Source: Ignavibacteria bacterium
GTDB lineage: Bacteria > Bacteroidota > Ignavibacteria > Kapaibacteriales > UBA2268
Assembly (NCBI GenBank): GCA_016844745.1
Contig: JAERMQ010000018.1
Span: 15,629 to 79,628 of the forward strand
Length of the DNA stretch: 64,000 nt
Reading direction: 5' to 3'
In this document: positions 48,677 through 58,191 of the stretch, in pieces
Position numbering within the stretch: position 1 is the first letter of the stretch
Layout: each line of letters begins with the position of its first letter
Made by a program: the position numbers and the translations under genes
Notes under the pieces: model-generated
Seen by the model: only the letters and a program-made list of their open reading frames with translations
The model's database searches: none
What the model was told of the DNA's origin: nothing

Positions 48677-49456
48677 TTAATCACAATCAACTTTTGTATA
48701 ATTTTTTATAATCTCATCAATACCCAGTTCCATAAATCCTTCCGGTTTTTTCTTATCTATATATTCATAATCAAATTTCAAGTTGATTTTGACAGTATTG
48801 GGCAGGTCTGAATGTGAAAAAATTAGCTTAAATCCGCTTCTTTTAGCAAGGTCATTATCAATAATAATATTTCCTTTGAGGACTAATACACCTCCTAAAG
48901 TTTCTATAGTACCCTCGAGTACTTTAGGTTCGCTTGTGACACCGAAGGATACTATGTCCATCCCTTTTTCTTTATAAGTTTTCAGTTTTTTCAAGGCAAA
49001 TTTGATATTCTGGTATTTCTTTTCAACAACTCCTGATTTCAGGATTTTCGCATAACCCCTTAATACCATTGGAAAAAGAGTATTGTTTATATTGGTTTCA
49101 ACACAATATTCCTTTTTGATAATATTAGCAGTAATTAATGCAGTTGGGTCGGACCAATAAGATACTTTGAATATTCCTTTATTGCTTTGCGAGTAAAAGG
49201 ATTCGTAAATTCCGTTCTTGAAGAATTGTCTGTATATTTTTCCCTTATCGATAAATTGTTCGTTAGCAGAAACTTCGAAATTATGAACAATGAACTTCAT
49301 TTCGTCTTTATAAATTGCATTTTCTTTAACTTTTACCTTATAATCAGAAACATCTTTAGGATTTAAATAATCCTTAAGTTTCAAGGACTGGGAAAATATT
49401 ATTCCGAAGCTGAGGAAACAAATAATTAAAGTGCCGATAAAATAATTTTTTTTCAT
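48677..49456 (-). CDS. secreted hypothetical protein (co-transcribed upstream of the FHA-ABC gene)
   Basis: Signal peptide; 24-bp gap to the downstream gene. Confidence 0.35.
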   Translation of the reverse strand: MKKNYFIGTLIICFLSFGIIFSQSLKLKDYLNPKDVSDYKVKVKENAIYKDEMKFIVHNFEVSANEQFIDKGKIYRQFFKNGIYESFYSQSNKGIFKVSYWSDPTALITANIIKKEYCVETNINNTLFPMVLRGYAKILKSGVVEKKYQNIKFALKKLKTYKEKGMDIVSFGVTSEPKVLEGTIETLGGVLVLKGNIIIDNDLAKRSGFKLIFSHSDLPNTVKINLKFDYEYIDKKKPEGFMELGIDEIIKNYTKVDCD

Positions 49457-49637
49457 AACGTTAAATCTTTTTTATGTTCATAATAATTTAATTTTCAAAA
49501 TCATAAAATTACTTTTAATTAAAACTACAAAATAATATTATAAAATGCAAAAAAAATGAAGTTTCTGTTTACACTTAGTTGCTGGGTATTCAAAAATGTT
49601 ATTTCAAGGAATTGGATTGAGAGAATTGAAGACAAGT

Positions 49638-50051
49638 TTACTTCAGAATCTCAATCCAATTAGCTGCGCTTTCGCCCGATGCTTCAATAGCCTTTTTTAA
49701 TTTATCCTTGAATTTCCAGCATGTCATCTGTCGCAGTGAAAGCCGTCTTGCAAACTCATAAGAAGAAATTTCATCATTGCCTTTGCATACGCTATAAGCA
49801 ATATAGAAAGCCTTACTAATCGAAAATCTGCAATGATGGAAAATTGTACCGGCAGTTGCCGACTCTTCCTTTTTGCATTTGGTACACCTTCTTGAGAAAT
49901 GAGTTTTCCCAGGGCAGCTATTTGTGTTGCCGCATTTTTTGCAAGTAAATCCGGCTGACCACTTCAAATCAGCCAAAAATTCATAACATGCCAAATCGCT
50001 TGTAAACAGGCTTTCTATTTGAGCTTGAGTTAATTCTTTATAAAATATCAT
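49638..50051 (-). CDS. IS1595-family transposase, N-terminal zinc-ribbon/HTH fragment only (no DDE domain)
   Basis: 'CKKCGNT...CPGKTHFSRRCTKCKKEESATAGTIFHHCRFSISKAF' matches the IS1595 N-terminal domain. Truncated at 137 aa. Confidence 0.6.
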   Translation of the reverse strand: MIFYKELTQAQIESLFTSDLACYEFLADLKWSAGFTCKKCGNTNSCPGKTHFSRRCTKCKKEESATAGTIFHHCRFSISKAFYIAYSVCKGNDEISSYEFARRLSLRQMTCWKFKDKLKKAIEASGESAANWIEILK

Positions 50052-50089
50052 TGCAATTCAAAAATACGAATATAATCTTTAATTAAACA

Positions 50090-50185
50090 AGAAAAACCCC
50101 CTAACCCCGGTTTTAGTAGTAGAACAGGGAAGTAGAAATAGAAGTAGAAAAATTCCCACTTTTTCAAAGGCGGTTAGGGATTTTT
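50090..50185. repeat. CCCTAACCC...GGTTAGGG hairpin repeat copy
   Basis: Read directly; shares the internal GTAGAA tandem motif. Confidence 0.7.
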
Positions 50186-50303
50186 CTTGTTTAATAATTT
50201 CAATGATAAAAAAATATTTACAATAAAAGTGATACTTATACGATTTAATAATTAACAAATATGTAATTTTGAAAAATATTTATTTGATAAATGAAAGGAA
50301 GTA

Positions 50304-50546
50304 ATGGAAAACAACTGTAAAATTGAAGAGGGCCCAAAAAATTTTAAGGATAGAATAAAATCCTGCGCTTTTCGCAAGACATTAATAGGGATTGTTTTAG
50401 GTGGATTAGGAGGTTTCCTGTATTATTATTTTATCGGCTGCTCCACCGGAAGCTGCGGTATTGCAAGCAATCCTTACTATAGTACCCTCTGGGGAAGTTT
50501 ATTCGGGTTTCTGATTGTTAAAAGCCCATGTCGAAAATGCAATTAA
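50304..50546 (+). CDS. small membrane protein with CxxxxC pairs (unknown)
   Basis: 80 aa, one TM, 'CSTGSCGI'. Located upstream of the TlpA-like gene. Confidence 0.35.
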   Translation: MENNCKIEEGPKNFKDRIKSCAFRKTLIGIVLGGLGGFLYYYFIGCSTGSCGIASNPYYSTLWGSLFGFLIVKSPCRKCN

Positions 50547-50588
50547 TATTAACTTAAATATTACTAAAAAATAATTAAAAGGAAAATA

Positions 50589-51194
50589 ATGAAAATCTAT
50601 AAAAATGGAATCATTTTATTAACATTAATGTCATTTTCAATGTTTTACTCCTGCTCGAAAAACGAGGATGCTCAGGATAAAAATAAACCGAATGTTGAGC
50701 AGAATAGCGCATCAACAGGCAAGTCATCGGTTTTTCCGGTCATCAAGGTCGATGCACCAATAGGTAAACAAGCAGCTAATTTTTCTTGGAAAGAAGATAA
50801 TCAGGCTGTCAATTTTGCGGAATTTACCAAAGGAAAATTTGTATTCCTGAACTTCTGGGGAACATGGTGCCCGCCATGCAGGAGGGAAATTCCGGATATT
50901 GTGCAACTTGCAGCAGAGATGAAAAATAAAAACCTTGTAGTTATTGGAGTTGCTTTGGAACGAGTAAATACAGTTGAAGAAGCAATAGATGTAGTTTCCA
51001 GGTTTTCCAGTAGTAATAATATGGGCTACACTAACGTTATAGCTACACAACAATTAACTGAAGCTTTCGGTGGTATTGAGTCGGTTCCAACTACCTTTCT
51101 CATCGATGATAAAGGAATGATTGCTCAAGTTATTCAGGGCTCCCAGAGTAAAGAGGCATTCATGACAGAAATAAATAAAATGATGAAAAAGTAA
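50589..51194 (+). CDS. TlpA/ResA-like thiol:disulfide oxidoreductase lipoprotein (thioredoxin fold)
   Basis: 'FWGTWCPPCRRE' and an 'FYSC' lipobox. Confidence 0.8.
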   Translation: MKIYKNGIILLTLMSFSMFYSCSKNEDAQDKNKPNVEQNSASTGKSSVFPVIKVDAPIGKQAANFSWKEDNQAVNFAEFTKGKFVFLNFWGTWCPPCRREIPDIVQLAAEMKNKNLVVIGVALERVNTVEEAIDVVSRFSSSNNMGYTNVIATQQLTEAFGGIESVPTTFLIDDKGMIAQVIQGSQSKEAFMTEINKMMKK

Positions 51195-51212
51195 AATCAT
51201 TATAAGAGACAT

Positions 51213-51300
51213 CTGAAAATTGTCTTTCGTAAGCGAAGTGAAGAATCCGGGAACCGCATTGGGACTGGATTCTTCACTTCGTTCAGAATGACATTCTTCT
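51213..51300. repeat. MITE-family nested palindrome (GAAGTGAAGAATCC...GGATTCTTCACTTCG + TTCAGAATGACATTC terminus)
   Basis: Read directly; homologous to 23870-23950. Confidence 0.65.
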
Positions 51301-51454
51301 TGGCTTTTGAGACAACCTCACTTTTTATATTAAACTCATCCATGTTAGTTTCCAATAGGGAATACAAATGAACTTTTAGTCAGAAAATAAATCAACCATA
51401 TGGTTAACCCTATGGTTGATGTAATATACAAATTCAATCATTTCTTATATCAGA

Positions 51455-52456
51455 TTATTTTACGATTTCATAGTTCTGACATTCAGACTCTTTCCAGGCA
51501 GATTTATTCTTAGCAATCATTGCATCATAGAATAATGCGTTACCGCCATAAGATATAGATTTTATATCATATCCCATTACTTTAAGGAATGCTGTAGCAT
51601 ATCCGGCAGTATGACCGGTATAGCAATAGATTGCACAGGTTTTATTTGTTGGGATTGTCTTCAAGAAATTAGCTAATTTAAAATCGGATTTTGGCACATA
51701 ATTAATTGCTCCCTGCAAATGACCGGGGTCTTTATAATCGGCAACCGTCCAATAAGCCATAATAAAATAATTGGCTAAATTACCAATAACGACATCTTGC
51801 TTGACTGATGGAAATCCGTCAATGAAAAGCTGTGCAATCCTTGCATCTAAGATTTCCTTGCCGATTGCTTTTCCTGTACTTAATGTTGGTAGCGAACCTA
51901 AAGCGGGTTTTGGAATTGAATCCTGCTTTAAATATGCCTGTCCGCCATTACCTACACCATTTGTCCATGTAGCTTTAAAATCCGAATGCCAGGAAGCCAT
52001 GCCGAACTTCATGCTGAATACATTTCCATATCCGGATAATCTGAGCAAACATGTAGAATAAGCAGCAGATTGACCTGAAAAACAGACCATATAAACTTTG
52101 GTATATTTTGTCATATCATTTGCCTTAAAATAATTCAGGATTTCTTTAAATTGAACATTTATAGCTCCTGCAATATGTCCTTTTGCGAAGGTTGCCGTAT
52201 CGCGAATATCCATTACGAAGTACTTCGCAGGGTCGGCAGTTATGTTTTGCTTGACTTCGGTAGTCGGCGCAATATTACTGCCGGTTACGTTAATATAGTC
52301 TCCGCCTGTACTTTCGAGATACTGGACAAGTATCTCGGATTCATTTACCTTTGTAGGTTCAGTTGAATTATCATCGCTGCAACCGATGAACATGAATACT
52401 ACCAACGAGAATAATAAAGCTAATAAAGCTTTTCGGTCATTAATTTTACAAATCAT
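51455..52456 (-). CDS. tandem rhodanese-domain sulfurtransferase lipoprotein
   Basis: Two rhodanese-like halves with Cys loops ('CFSGQSAAY' and 'CYTGHTAGY'); 'FIGC' lipobox. Confidence 0.65.
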   Translation of the reverse strand: MICKINDRKALLALLFSLVVFMFIGCSDDNSTEPTKVNESEILVQYLESTGGDYINVTGSNIAPTTEVKQNITADPAKYFVMDIRDTATFAKGHIAGAINVQFKEILNYFKANDMTKYTKVYMVCFSGQSAAYSTCLLRLSGYGNVFSMKFGMASWHSDFKATWTNGVGNGGQAYLKQDSIPKPALGSLPTLSTGKAIGKEILDARIAQLFIDGFPSVKQDVVIGNLANYFIMAYWTVADYKDPGHLQGAINYVPKSDFKLANFLKTIPTNKTCAIYCYTGHTAGYATAFLKVMGYDIKSISYGGNALFYDAMIAKNKSAWKESECQNYEIVK

Positions 52457-52536
52457 AAAATCTCCATATTTAAATTTAACATATATTGTGTATTAGAAAT
52501 TACTTATGTAAATACAACAAGTAATTCATAAATTTT

Positions 52537-53844
52537 CTATTTCAACCAACTTTGTGGTAATTTATCATCTACAGCAATTTTATTAGATGATGATTTTTCC
52601 CAATCAAATTTAAAATCAGACTGGAATAAATAGAATTGTTTGTTCCTAAATTCATTTCCATCATTAATAATATGACAAGCATCGTAACAGGGTTTTCCAT
52701 TCGCAACCTTTGTTCTGTCTGTCCATTTTAAAGTATTATGAGGTGTTGCATAATTATAAACAGGCAATGCATCGAAATTTGGTAAATTCGGTACACCATA
52801 CAGCACCCAGCTATCGGGAGCCATTAGAGTATGCCTAACTAAAGCAAATTTAAATTCCGGTTTGGCGTCCGGTATTGGATTCAATGCAATTTTAAAATCC
52901 TGATAAGATGCAATTCTGGCGCCATCTCCATTTATATGGCAGCTTCCGCAATTATTATAAGCCTGCGAATGGCAGGTATTGCAGCTAAATGAATTATAGT
53001 GTATTGAATGATACTGATTTTTTGACTCCAAGCCGGTATGACAATTCTTACACTTTGGCAGGTGCTCATACTTATATCTTTGTTCGATAAATTTCCCGGA
53101 GCCATGAATTTCATCTTTAGTATGGCAACTGACGCAGGTAAAGCCCGATTTACTTAAATGAACATCCGGCTGTGTCCCCGATGCCACTCCGAGAAATGCA
53201 TGTCCTCCCCGGGAAGTATGGCAACCGACACAGGTGTTAATCATATCCGGTTTCCCTGAAAAATCGTGACCATTCATAAGTCCGCCGCCTTGCGCTTTTG
53301 GTCTGTTCACATGACAATCGCCACAAGTAGATGCATGGCATTTCGCGCAGTTATATTCATATCCGTCTTTTACTTTCTGGGGAAGCTGCGTGAATTCAGT
53401 CGCATCCTTTAATCCCATCCTTAAGCAGACTTTTCTCTTTTGCCCCCAACCCATTTGATGAAGACTGTTGCTGTGGTTAAGAACTGCCGATTCATGGCAG
53501 CTTTTGCACTTTTCGGAGGCGAAATCTTTAGTCGGATGAGCAAGGAAATTTCCACTGTGGGCTTTATTCTTATCATCTGTGTTGCCAATACCATTATGAC
53601 ATCCAACGCAACCTATGGGATAATGCTTTGATTTTTTGAAAGACTCGTAGCCTACACCGCTAATAAAAACCCTGTCGAATGGTTCGTAATGAGGAGTTTC
53701 ACCACCACAGCTCGACCCTCCGCTACCGGTATCGGGGGTAAATACCTGCTTTAGGTGTGCATAATTAGTATGGCAGCCTTCACATGAAGCAACGGTCTTA
53801 TTATCGGGTTCTACAGGATTACCTGAATTGTTGCATCCTACCAA
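52537..53844 (-). CDS. multiheme c-type cytochrome (~10 CxxCH), lipoprotein; annotated from a TTG start because of an upstream in-frame TAA
   Basis: Ten or more CxxCH motifs. In the same frame upstream: ATG(53889)...TAA(53862-53860)...'LLILFLVGC'. Confidence 0.7.
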   Translation of the reverse strand: MVGCNNSGNPVEPDNKTVASCEGCHTNYAHLKQVFTPDTGSGGSSCGGETPHYEPFDRVFISGVGYESFKKSKHYPIGCVGCHNGIGNTDDKNKAHSGNFLAHPTKDFASEKCKSCHESAVLNHSNSLHQMGWGQKRKVCLRMGLKDATEFTQLPQKVKDGYEYNCAKCHASTCGDCHVNRPKAQGGGLMNGHDFSGKPDMINTCVGCHTSRGGHAFLGVASGTQPDVHLSKSGFTCVSCHTKDEIHGSGKFIEQRYKYEHLPKCKNCHTGLESKNQYHSIHYNSFSCNTCHSQAYNNCGSCHINGDGARIASYQDFKIALNPIPDAKPEFKFALVRHTLMAPDSWVLYGVPNLPNFDALPVYNYATPHNTLKWTDRTKVANGKPCYDACHIINDGNEFRNKQFYLFQSDFKFDWEKSSSNKIAVDDKLPQSWLK

Positions 53845-53903
53845 AAAAAGAATAAGTAATTAAATACTAAGAATTGATAGATTTTTCATTTAAACACCTA
53901 AAT

Positions 53904-54374
53904 TTAATTAATATGGTTCCTTGACCACGCAGTAAGGGAGTTCAATAGTTCTTCTATTGCCACCAATACCGAATCCCTCGCTTCCAATGGTATATGTTCT
54001 AATACTTTTTCATGTAATAACACATGCTGTTCGATTACTTGCTTTATAAATGGCTGCGCAGTTTCCGTGAGCCTGACTTTGATATTTCGTCTGTCGTTTA
54101 AATCTATTTCTCTTGAGATATAATTTTTCTTTTCCAATGAAGTTATAATTTGAGTTATCCTGCCGGAAGTTAATCCCATAATTTTTGCCAATTCTTTTAC
54201 GGAAAACAGGCATTCACAATCCAAAAACCTCATGCAGCGAAACTCGGCATTTGTCAATCCAAACAGTTTTGTGAAATATTGTTCCTTATCTTCACAGGCA
54301 CGAGCTAACAAAAATGTCAATTGAGCGAGTTTTGCAGCTTGTGCTAGCCTTTTTTCTTTTTTTTCTTTAGTCAT
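53904..54374 (-). CDS. MarR-family transcriptional regulator
   Basis: Winged-helix 'LTSGRITQIITSLEKKNYISR'. Confidence 0.75.
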   Translation of the reverse strand: MTKEKKEKRLAQAAKLAQLTFLLARACEDKEQYFTKLFGLTNAEFRCMRFLDCECLFSVKELAKIMGLTSGRITQIITSLEKKNYISREIDLNDRRNIKVRLTETAQPFIKQVIEQHVLLHEKVLEHIPLEARDSVLVAIEELLNSLTAWSRNHIN

Positions 54375-54617
54375 AATTAAATCTCAAAATAGTTAAACCT
54401 CTAAATAATTTAAGTTATAAATAATTTAAACTATAAATAATTTAGTCACTAAACTATTATTGCAAATTTAATAACAATTTTACTATTTTGCAAAGGATTT
54501 TTTTTTGTAAATATTTTGTGTAGAAATAAATATTGAGTTTGTTCTGTAAAATAATAACATGGCATTACTTCATTCGAGGTTGTGTGAAAAGTAAAAACAG
54601 TGATGAAAATAAGGATA

Positions 54618-54705
54618 ATGAAGAACCCCTCCCTAACCCTCCCCGAAGGGGAGGGAATTGATAAATAAGACCTCTCCTTCGGGGAGGGTTAGGGAGGGGT
54701 TCTTC
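54618..54705. repeat. CCCTAACCC-family hairpin variant (CCCCTCCCTAACCCTCCCCGAAGGGGAGGG...)
   Basis: Read directly; the arms covary. Confidence 0.7.
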
Positions 54706-54788
54706 ATTTAGTTAAATATTGAAGTAAATATGGTTTTCACACAGCCTAATTCACAGGTATGACAATTTTTAGAACATCCCAATAATTC

Positions 54789-56813
54789 TTGAATTTTCAA
54801 AGTATGACTATAAAACCAAATATAAAAACGATTCTTTTCGGTACCCTTATAATTGCTACACTCATATTTATTTTTGTTATCATTGAATATCTCGAAAGCC
54901 GCGGTGAGTTATTATCTTTGTTAAAAAAACAAGCAGGTAACCTGACCGAGTCATTATCCCTGAGTTTTGAGAATACGATTACAAGTAATATTGAAGCAGA
55001 AAACTTATTAACTGATAAACTTAATTCTGTAGCTTTTCTTGTTGCTCAATATCAATCACGGAACAAAAATATTGAACCGGAATTAAAAGAATTAGTAAGA
55101 GAATTTCAGGTTGACGGAATCAATATAGTAAATTCAAAAGGTGTTATACTATTTAGCACGATATGGGAGGAACCTCATGGACGGCTGGACGATGAATTGT
55201 TAACTCAACTGAAACCGATATTCGATGGAGATTATCAATGGTTGAACATGGGATTATTACCTGTAAAGCCTGATGAACGGCAGAAATATATTTTTGCAAG
55301 AATTGGTAAAGATAAAAATACTATTGTAATCATTTTCATCGATGCAGATAAGATATTACATTACAGGAAGAAATTCGGTATTGGTGCCCAGATTCGTCAG
55401 ATAGCAGATAATGATGATATTGAATACCTGTTGCTTCAGGATAAAGATGGAATTGTTTCGGCATCGAAAGGTATAGATGATATTTCATCGATAGAGTCCG
55501 ATACATTTGTCAGGGATGCATTTCAATCCGGAAGAATCAGCACCAGACTTATTGATTATAAAGACAAAAAGATTTTCGAGATAGCCAAAACCCTTATATT
55601 ACCGGACAATTCTATACTATTGCTTCGTTTAGCCCTTTCGACTGAAAATATCAGGGCGATACAACAACGCTCAATGAGAAGAGTTATAATTATAGGTATA
55701 GGAATTTTTATATTATTTTCAATTCTTTATGCATACATTATAATAAGAAAGGGATATTCCAGGCTCAAGGTCGAACACCGGAAGATTGTCAACCTTGCAG
55801 ATTTGGTTTTGGATAATATGGCAGATGCGGTAATAGCTGTAAACGGTGAAAAAATAATTCTATATTTCAATAATTCTGCATCCAGAATAACCGGTTTAGA
55901 ACCACTGGAAGTAATTGGTAAAAGTTATCAAAACGTTTTTTCAGGTTATAAACAAATCTTGTCTGTTCTTACAGGTGAGGGACCGGTTGTTAATCAGGAG
56001 CTTGAAATTATAAATTCCAAAAATGAAAAGATAACATTGGAAATTAGTATTTCAAATATTTTGAATGGAAATTTGGAACCTGAGCTTTCAATTATTATAT
56101 TCAAAGACCTAACTGAAAAAAAGCGGCTGAGAACTCAATTGGAAAGAAATGAAAAGCTTAGTGCAATGGGTGAGCTTGCTGCCGGTGTTGCACATGAAAT
56201 TAGAAACCCTCTTAATTCTATTAATATTATTGCTCAAAGGATTCAAAGAGAGTTCCAGCCAAAGGAAAAGAAAGATGATTTCGAAAAATTTATGCAAACT
56301 ATCCGTTCTGAGATTGTGAGAGTCAATAATATTGTCAAACAATTTTTAGAATTTTCCAAACCACAGAAATTGCTGATATCAAAAGAAAACGTCATTGGAA
56401 TAATTGAAGAATGTCAGGCTGTATTTGAGTCGGAAGCAAAATTGAATAATATTTTAATTATTAATGATTTTCCCGGTATTCCTTTATTATCTCTCGATAA
56501 AGGAAAAATGAAGCAGGTATTTATCAATTTATATAAAAACTCCATAGACTCTATTGGCTCCAACGGTTCTGTTAACAGCGCTCTTCAAATTCGGAACAAT
56601 TCTGTAGAAATTAAAATTGCAGATACAGGAAAAGGAATACCTGATGAATTAATATCAAAAGTATTTAACTTATATTTTACAACCAAACCTCATGGAACCG
56701 GGTTAGGTTTGAGTATTGTTCATCAAATAATAAGCGAACATAACGGAAGTATTAGTTTGACAAGCCAGGAAAATATCGGTACCGAAGTTATCATTAATTT
56801 ACCGGTTGAATAA
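54789..56813 (+). CDS. sensor histidine kinase (periplasmic sensor + PAS + HisKA + HATPase)
   Basis: Two TMs flank a ~270-aa sensor; 'AHEIRNPLNSI' and 'GTGLGLSIV'. Confidence 0.85.
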   Translation: MNFQSMTIKPNIKTILFGTLIIATLIFIFVIIEYLESRGELLSLLKKQAGNLTESLSLSFENTITSNIEAENLLTDKLNSVAFLVAQYQSRNKNIEPELKELVREFQVDGINIVNSKGVILFSTIWEEPHGRLDDELLTQLKPIFDGDYQWLNMGLLPVKPDERQKYIFARIGKDKNTIVIIFIDADKILHYRKKFGIGAQIRQIADNDDIEYLLLQDKDGIVSASKGIDDISSIESDTFVRDAFQSGRISTRLIDYKDKKIFEIAKTLILPDNSILLLRLALSTENIRAIQQRSMRRVIIIGIGIFILFSILYAYIIIRKGYSRLKVEHRKIVNLADLVLDNMADAVIAVNGEKIILYFNNSASRITGLEPLEVIGKSYQNVFSGYKQILSVLTGEGPVVNQELEIINSKNEKITLEISISNILNGNLEPELSIIIFKDLTEKKRLRTQLERNEKLSAMGELAAGVAHEIRNPLNSINIIAQRIQREFQPKEKKDDFEKFMQTIRSEIVRVNNIVKQFLEFSKPQKLLISKENVIGIIEECQAVFESEAKLNNILIINDFPGIPLLSLDKGKMKQVFINLYKNSIDSIGSNGSVNSALQIRNNSVEIKIADTGKGIPDELISKVFNLYFTTKPHGTGLGLSIVHQIISEHNGSISLTSQENIGTEVIINLPVE

Positions 56814-56942
56814 TACCGACAATTATTTCCTAAAAACCTACAAAATTGTCGTTAAAGAACTTTTATTAATTAATCTTAAATACCATTATTTTCTTCTATA
56901 TCAATAATTTATCTCTTTGGCATAACTTTTGAATATACTCTT

Positions 56943-57701
56943 TTGAAAATAATTATTAATTTATTAAGGTGTATTATGAAAAAATATTTCAGTTTTCTAT
57001 TTCTTTTGACATTAATTGCTTTATTTGTAAATGTTACAAATTCGTATTCTCAAAAGGGCAAAGGGCATGGACAATGCTGTGCTAAGGGTTCCGATGCAAC
57101 ATGTAAATTTGTCGATGCAAACGGCGATGGTAAATGCGACAATTTTGTCGATGCAAACGAAGACGGTAAATGTGATAATTGCAAAGGAAACGGTCAATGT
57201 ACCGGCACGGGTAATTGCAAAGGTAAAGGCAACGGAAATTGCAATGCAGCAGGAACCGGCAAAGGAAATTGCTGCAATTTTGTAGATGCCGACAACGACG
57301 GCAAGTGCGATAAATTTGTAGATGCGGATAACGACGGCAAGTGCGACCTTCGTGGCTCGAAGGGAAAAGGATGCGCCAAAGGAATGGGACATGGCAACAA
57401 AAATTGCAAATTCGGAACAAATAAATCGAATACTCAATCGAAATTTACAATTAACCAGAATGCTCCGAATCCGGTTAGTAATTTCACAAAATTATCATTC
57501 AATTTAAAAGAAACAAATAGTGTTAAGGTAGAACTATATGATAGTTACGGGAAAAAAGTAAAAGAAGTATTCGAAGGCAAGCTTCCGGCAGGGGATAATA
57601 CAGTAGATTTAAATACAACAGAAGTGACACCGGGTAATTATTTCTATACTGTTGAAGTAGCAGGTAAAGTGCAGTCAAAACAATTGATTATTTTAAAATA
57701 G
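56943..57701 (+). CDS. secreted repeat protein: 4 x 'FVDA[ND][NE]DGKCD[NK]' Ca-binding-like motifs + Gly/Lys/Cys-rich linker + T9SS C-terminal domain
   Basis: Repeats read directly. C-terminal 'APNPVSNFTKLSF...GNYFYTVEVAGK'. Confidence 0.6.
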   Translation: MKIIINLLRCIMKKYFSFLFLLTLIALFVNVTNSYSQKGKGHGQCCAKGSDATCKFVDANGDGKCDNFVDANEDGKCDNCKGNGQCTGTGNCKGKGNGNCNAAGTGKGNCCNFVDADNDGKCDKFVDADNDGKCDLRGSKGKGCAKGMGHGNKNCKFGTNKSNTQSKFTINQNAPNPVSNFTKLSFNLKETNSVKVELYDSYGKKVKEVFEGKLPAGDNTVDLNTTEVTPGNYFYTVEVAGKVQSKQLIILK

Positions 57702-57865
57702 AGAAAAAATTTTAAATGATATGTTTAGCTTACTATCATTAGAACCGGAAATAATACAATTTCCGGTTCTTTGTTTTTCTAAAGCTATAGTTAATTTAAT
57801 TAATGCTGGGGCTGTCTCATAAGTATAAATAGTTGTCTTTACTGCGAAAGAGGTTTCTGAAAAGT

Positions 57866-58135
57866 CAGGAAGAATGTCATTCTGAACTCTAAAATAATGG
57901 AATTAATAAAAATACACAATGACAAAATCAAGAGAAACCCCCTAACCCCCTTTGAAAAAGGGGGAATTGATTATCCCCCCTTTTTCAAAGGGGGTTAGGG
58001 GGTTTCTCAATGTTGAAGTAGTTACCATTATTTTGTATCAAGAAAAATCTGTCATTGGTAACTTGATTCAGAATCCATAAACCGCACTGGGAGTGGATTC
58101 TGAATCAAGTTCTGAATGACATTACATAATTTTTT
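57866..58135. mobile_element. composite MITE-like element with ~15-bp terminal inverted repeats AATGTCATTCTGAAC
   Basis: Left end 'gaatgtcattctgaac', right end 'gttctgaatgacatt'. Internal CCCTAACCC hairpin plus a nested palindrome. Homologous to 23641-23950. Confidence 0.65.
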
Positions 58136-58191
58136 ATTAACTTTGTTTTTTATATTTGAAATAACCTATAATATATGGGTACAAAAGTAAG

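Noticed and set aside
56917-56933. Sigma-54 promoter call upstream of the repeat-protein gene
   Set aside because: TGGCAT-N4-TTTGA matches only the -24 GG and is a poor fit to the -12 GC consensus. It is kept as a hint inside a finding and not annotated as a feature.
57021-57437. Several overlapping minus-strand and alternate-frame ORFs (138, 112, 84, 71, 61 aa) inside the repeat-protein gene
   Set aside because: These are artefacts of the highly repetitive, codon-periodic DNA encoding the FVDANGDGKCDN repeats. They have no signal peptide or other features and are mutually overlapping.
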